From Callorhinchus milii (Eukaryota), in the NCBI RefSeq assembly GCF_018977255.1, contig NW_024704742.1:49168001-49232000 (forward strand): a stretch of DNA of 64,000 nucleotides. Direction: 5' to 3'. Below are positions 63,365 through 64,000 of this stretch, piece after piece. Positions within the stretch are counted from its first letter, which is position 1. The number at the start of each line of letters is the position of its first letter. Below the pieces are notes generated by a model that was given only the letters and a program-made list of their open reading frames with translations, did not search any database and had not been told where the DNA came from. A program made the translations under genes and the position numbers.

Positions 63365-63950
63365 ATTTGTAGTACTCTCACCTCTGAGTCAGAAGGTTTA
63401 GGGTTGAAGGCCCACATCCAGATTTTGAATTCACATAGTTTAGGCTAATACTCTCGTACACTGTTGGGGGTGTTGCTGCACTGTTGGAGGTGCTGTACTT
63501 CGGATGAGAGGTTAAACCAAAGTCACTTCTACCTGATCAGGTGAATGTTTAAGATCCTATGGCACTATTTGGGCAAAGAAGGGAGTTTCCCAGGTTCAAG
63601 GCCTACAATCCCCCAAATAAAACTGGTCATTCTCGTTCACTCATGGCTATTTGTAGGATGTTGCTGTGTGCAAAATTAGTTTTTGTGTTTTGCTTACATT
63701 ACACTTTACAGTAAAATATGTAATGATTCTCCACCCAAAGCTCAGGTTTGTTAATACATTTCTTTATTATCAACTTAATGCACTAACTATAATTACACTG
63801 ATTTGTTCTACTCCCAGTGTCCTTTTGTACTTCCTGACTTTATCTCATTGGCTTTCTTAATTGCTCTTAAAAGGATATCCTCCAAAATCCTGTGAAGTGC
63901 TTTGAGACATCCTCCTGATGTGAAAGGTGGTATACCGAATGCTATGATTT
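63365..63950 (+). mobile_element. Deu-domain SINE, split by an unrelated stretch of about 170 nt
   Basis: CTCTCACCTCTGAGTCAGAAGG head; GGAGGTGCTGTACTTCGGATGAGAGGTTAAACC core; tail resumes at about 63885. Confidence 0.8.
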
Positions 63951-64000
63951 TTTTTAGTATTAGATAGTTATAATAATATTATTATTAGAGGATAGTCACA

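Noticed and set aside
61580..64000. Next upstream ATP8A1 exon (ending ...FATE)
   Set aside because: No matching sequence found; it must lie beyond the window
1..64000. CRISPR array, operon, prophage or other prokaryote-type system; intact autonomous transposon; nested gene
   Set aside because: No regularly spaced repeat-spacer array and no long intact ORF; all long ORFs are explained by ATP8A1 exons, broken LINEs or low-complexity DNA

Overview
Eukaryotic (vertebrate) genomic DNA, not a prokaryotic locus. The whole window lies inside one large minus-strand gene, the P4-ATPase phospholipid flippase ATP8A1. I can read ten consecutive internal coding exons (61579 down to 1062; 1151 nt, 383 full codons). 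All have GT donors and AG acceptors, their phases match, and there is no stop codon. They span the end of the N domain, the P domain (TGDK, GDGAND) and the start of the C-terminal transmembrane region; the gene runs off both ends of the window. The rest is intron packed with L2 and CR1 LINE fragments, a tRNA-headed SINE with an L2-type tail, Deu-domain SINEs (SacSINE1-like), Penelope-like termini, DNA-transposon relics and simple repeats. This repeat mix suggests a cartilaginous fish (inference). I found no convincing novel protein-coding system. The most notable signals are non-coding: three independent fold-back (inverted) duplications at retroposon ends, a near-identical inverted L2 pair in one intron, a frameshift shared by three L2 copies, modular SINE families, an unnamed three-copy repeat, two unexplained local direct repeats and a rare GAG splice acceptor. 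Exon boundaries are base-exact; repeat boundaries are approximate and family names come from recalled consensus motifs, not a database search.
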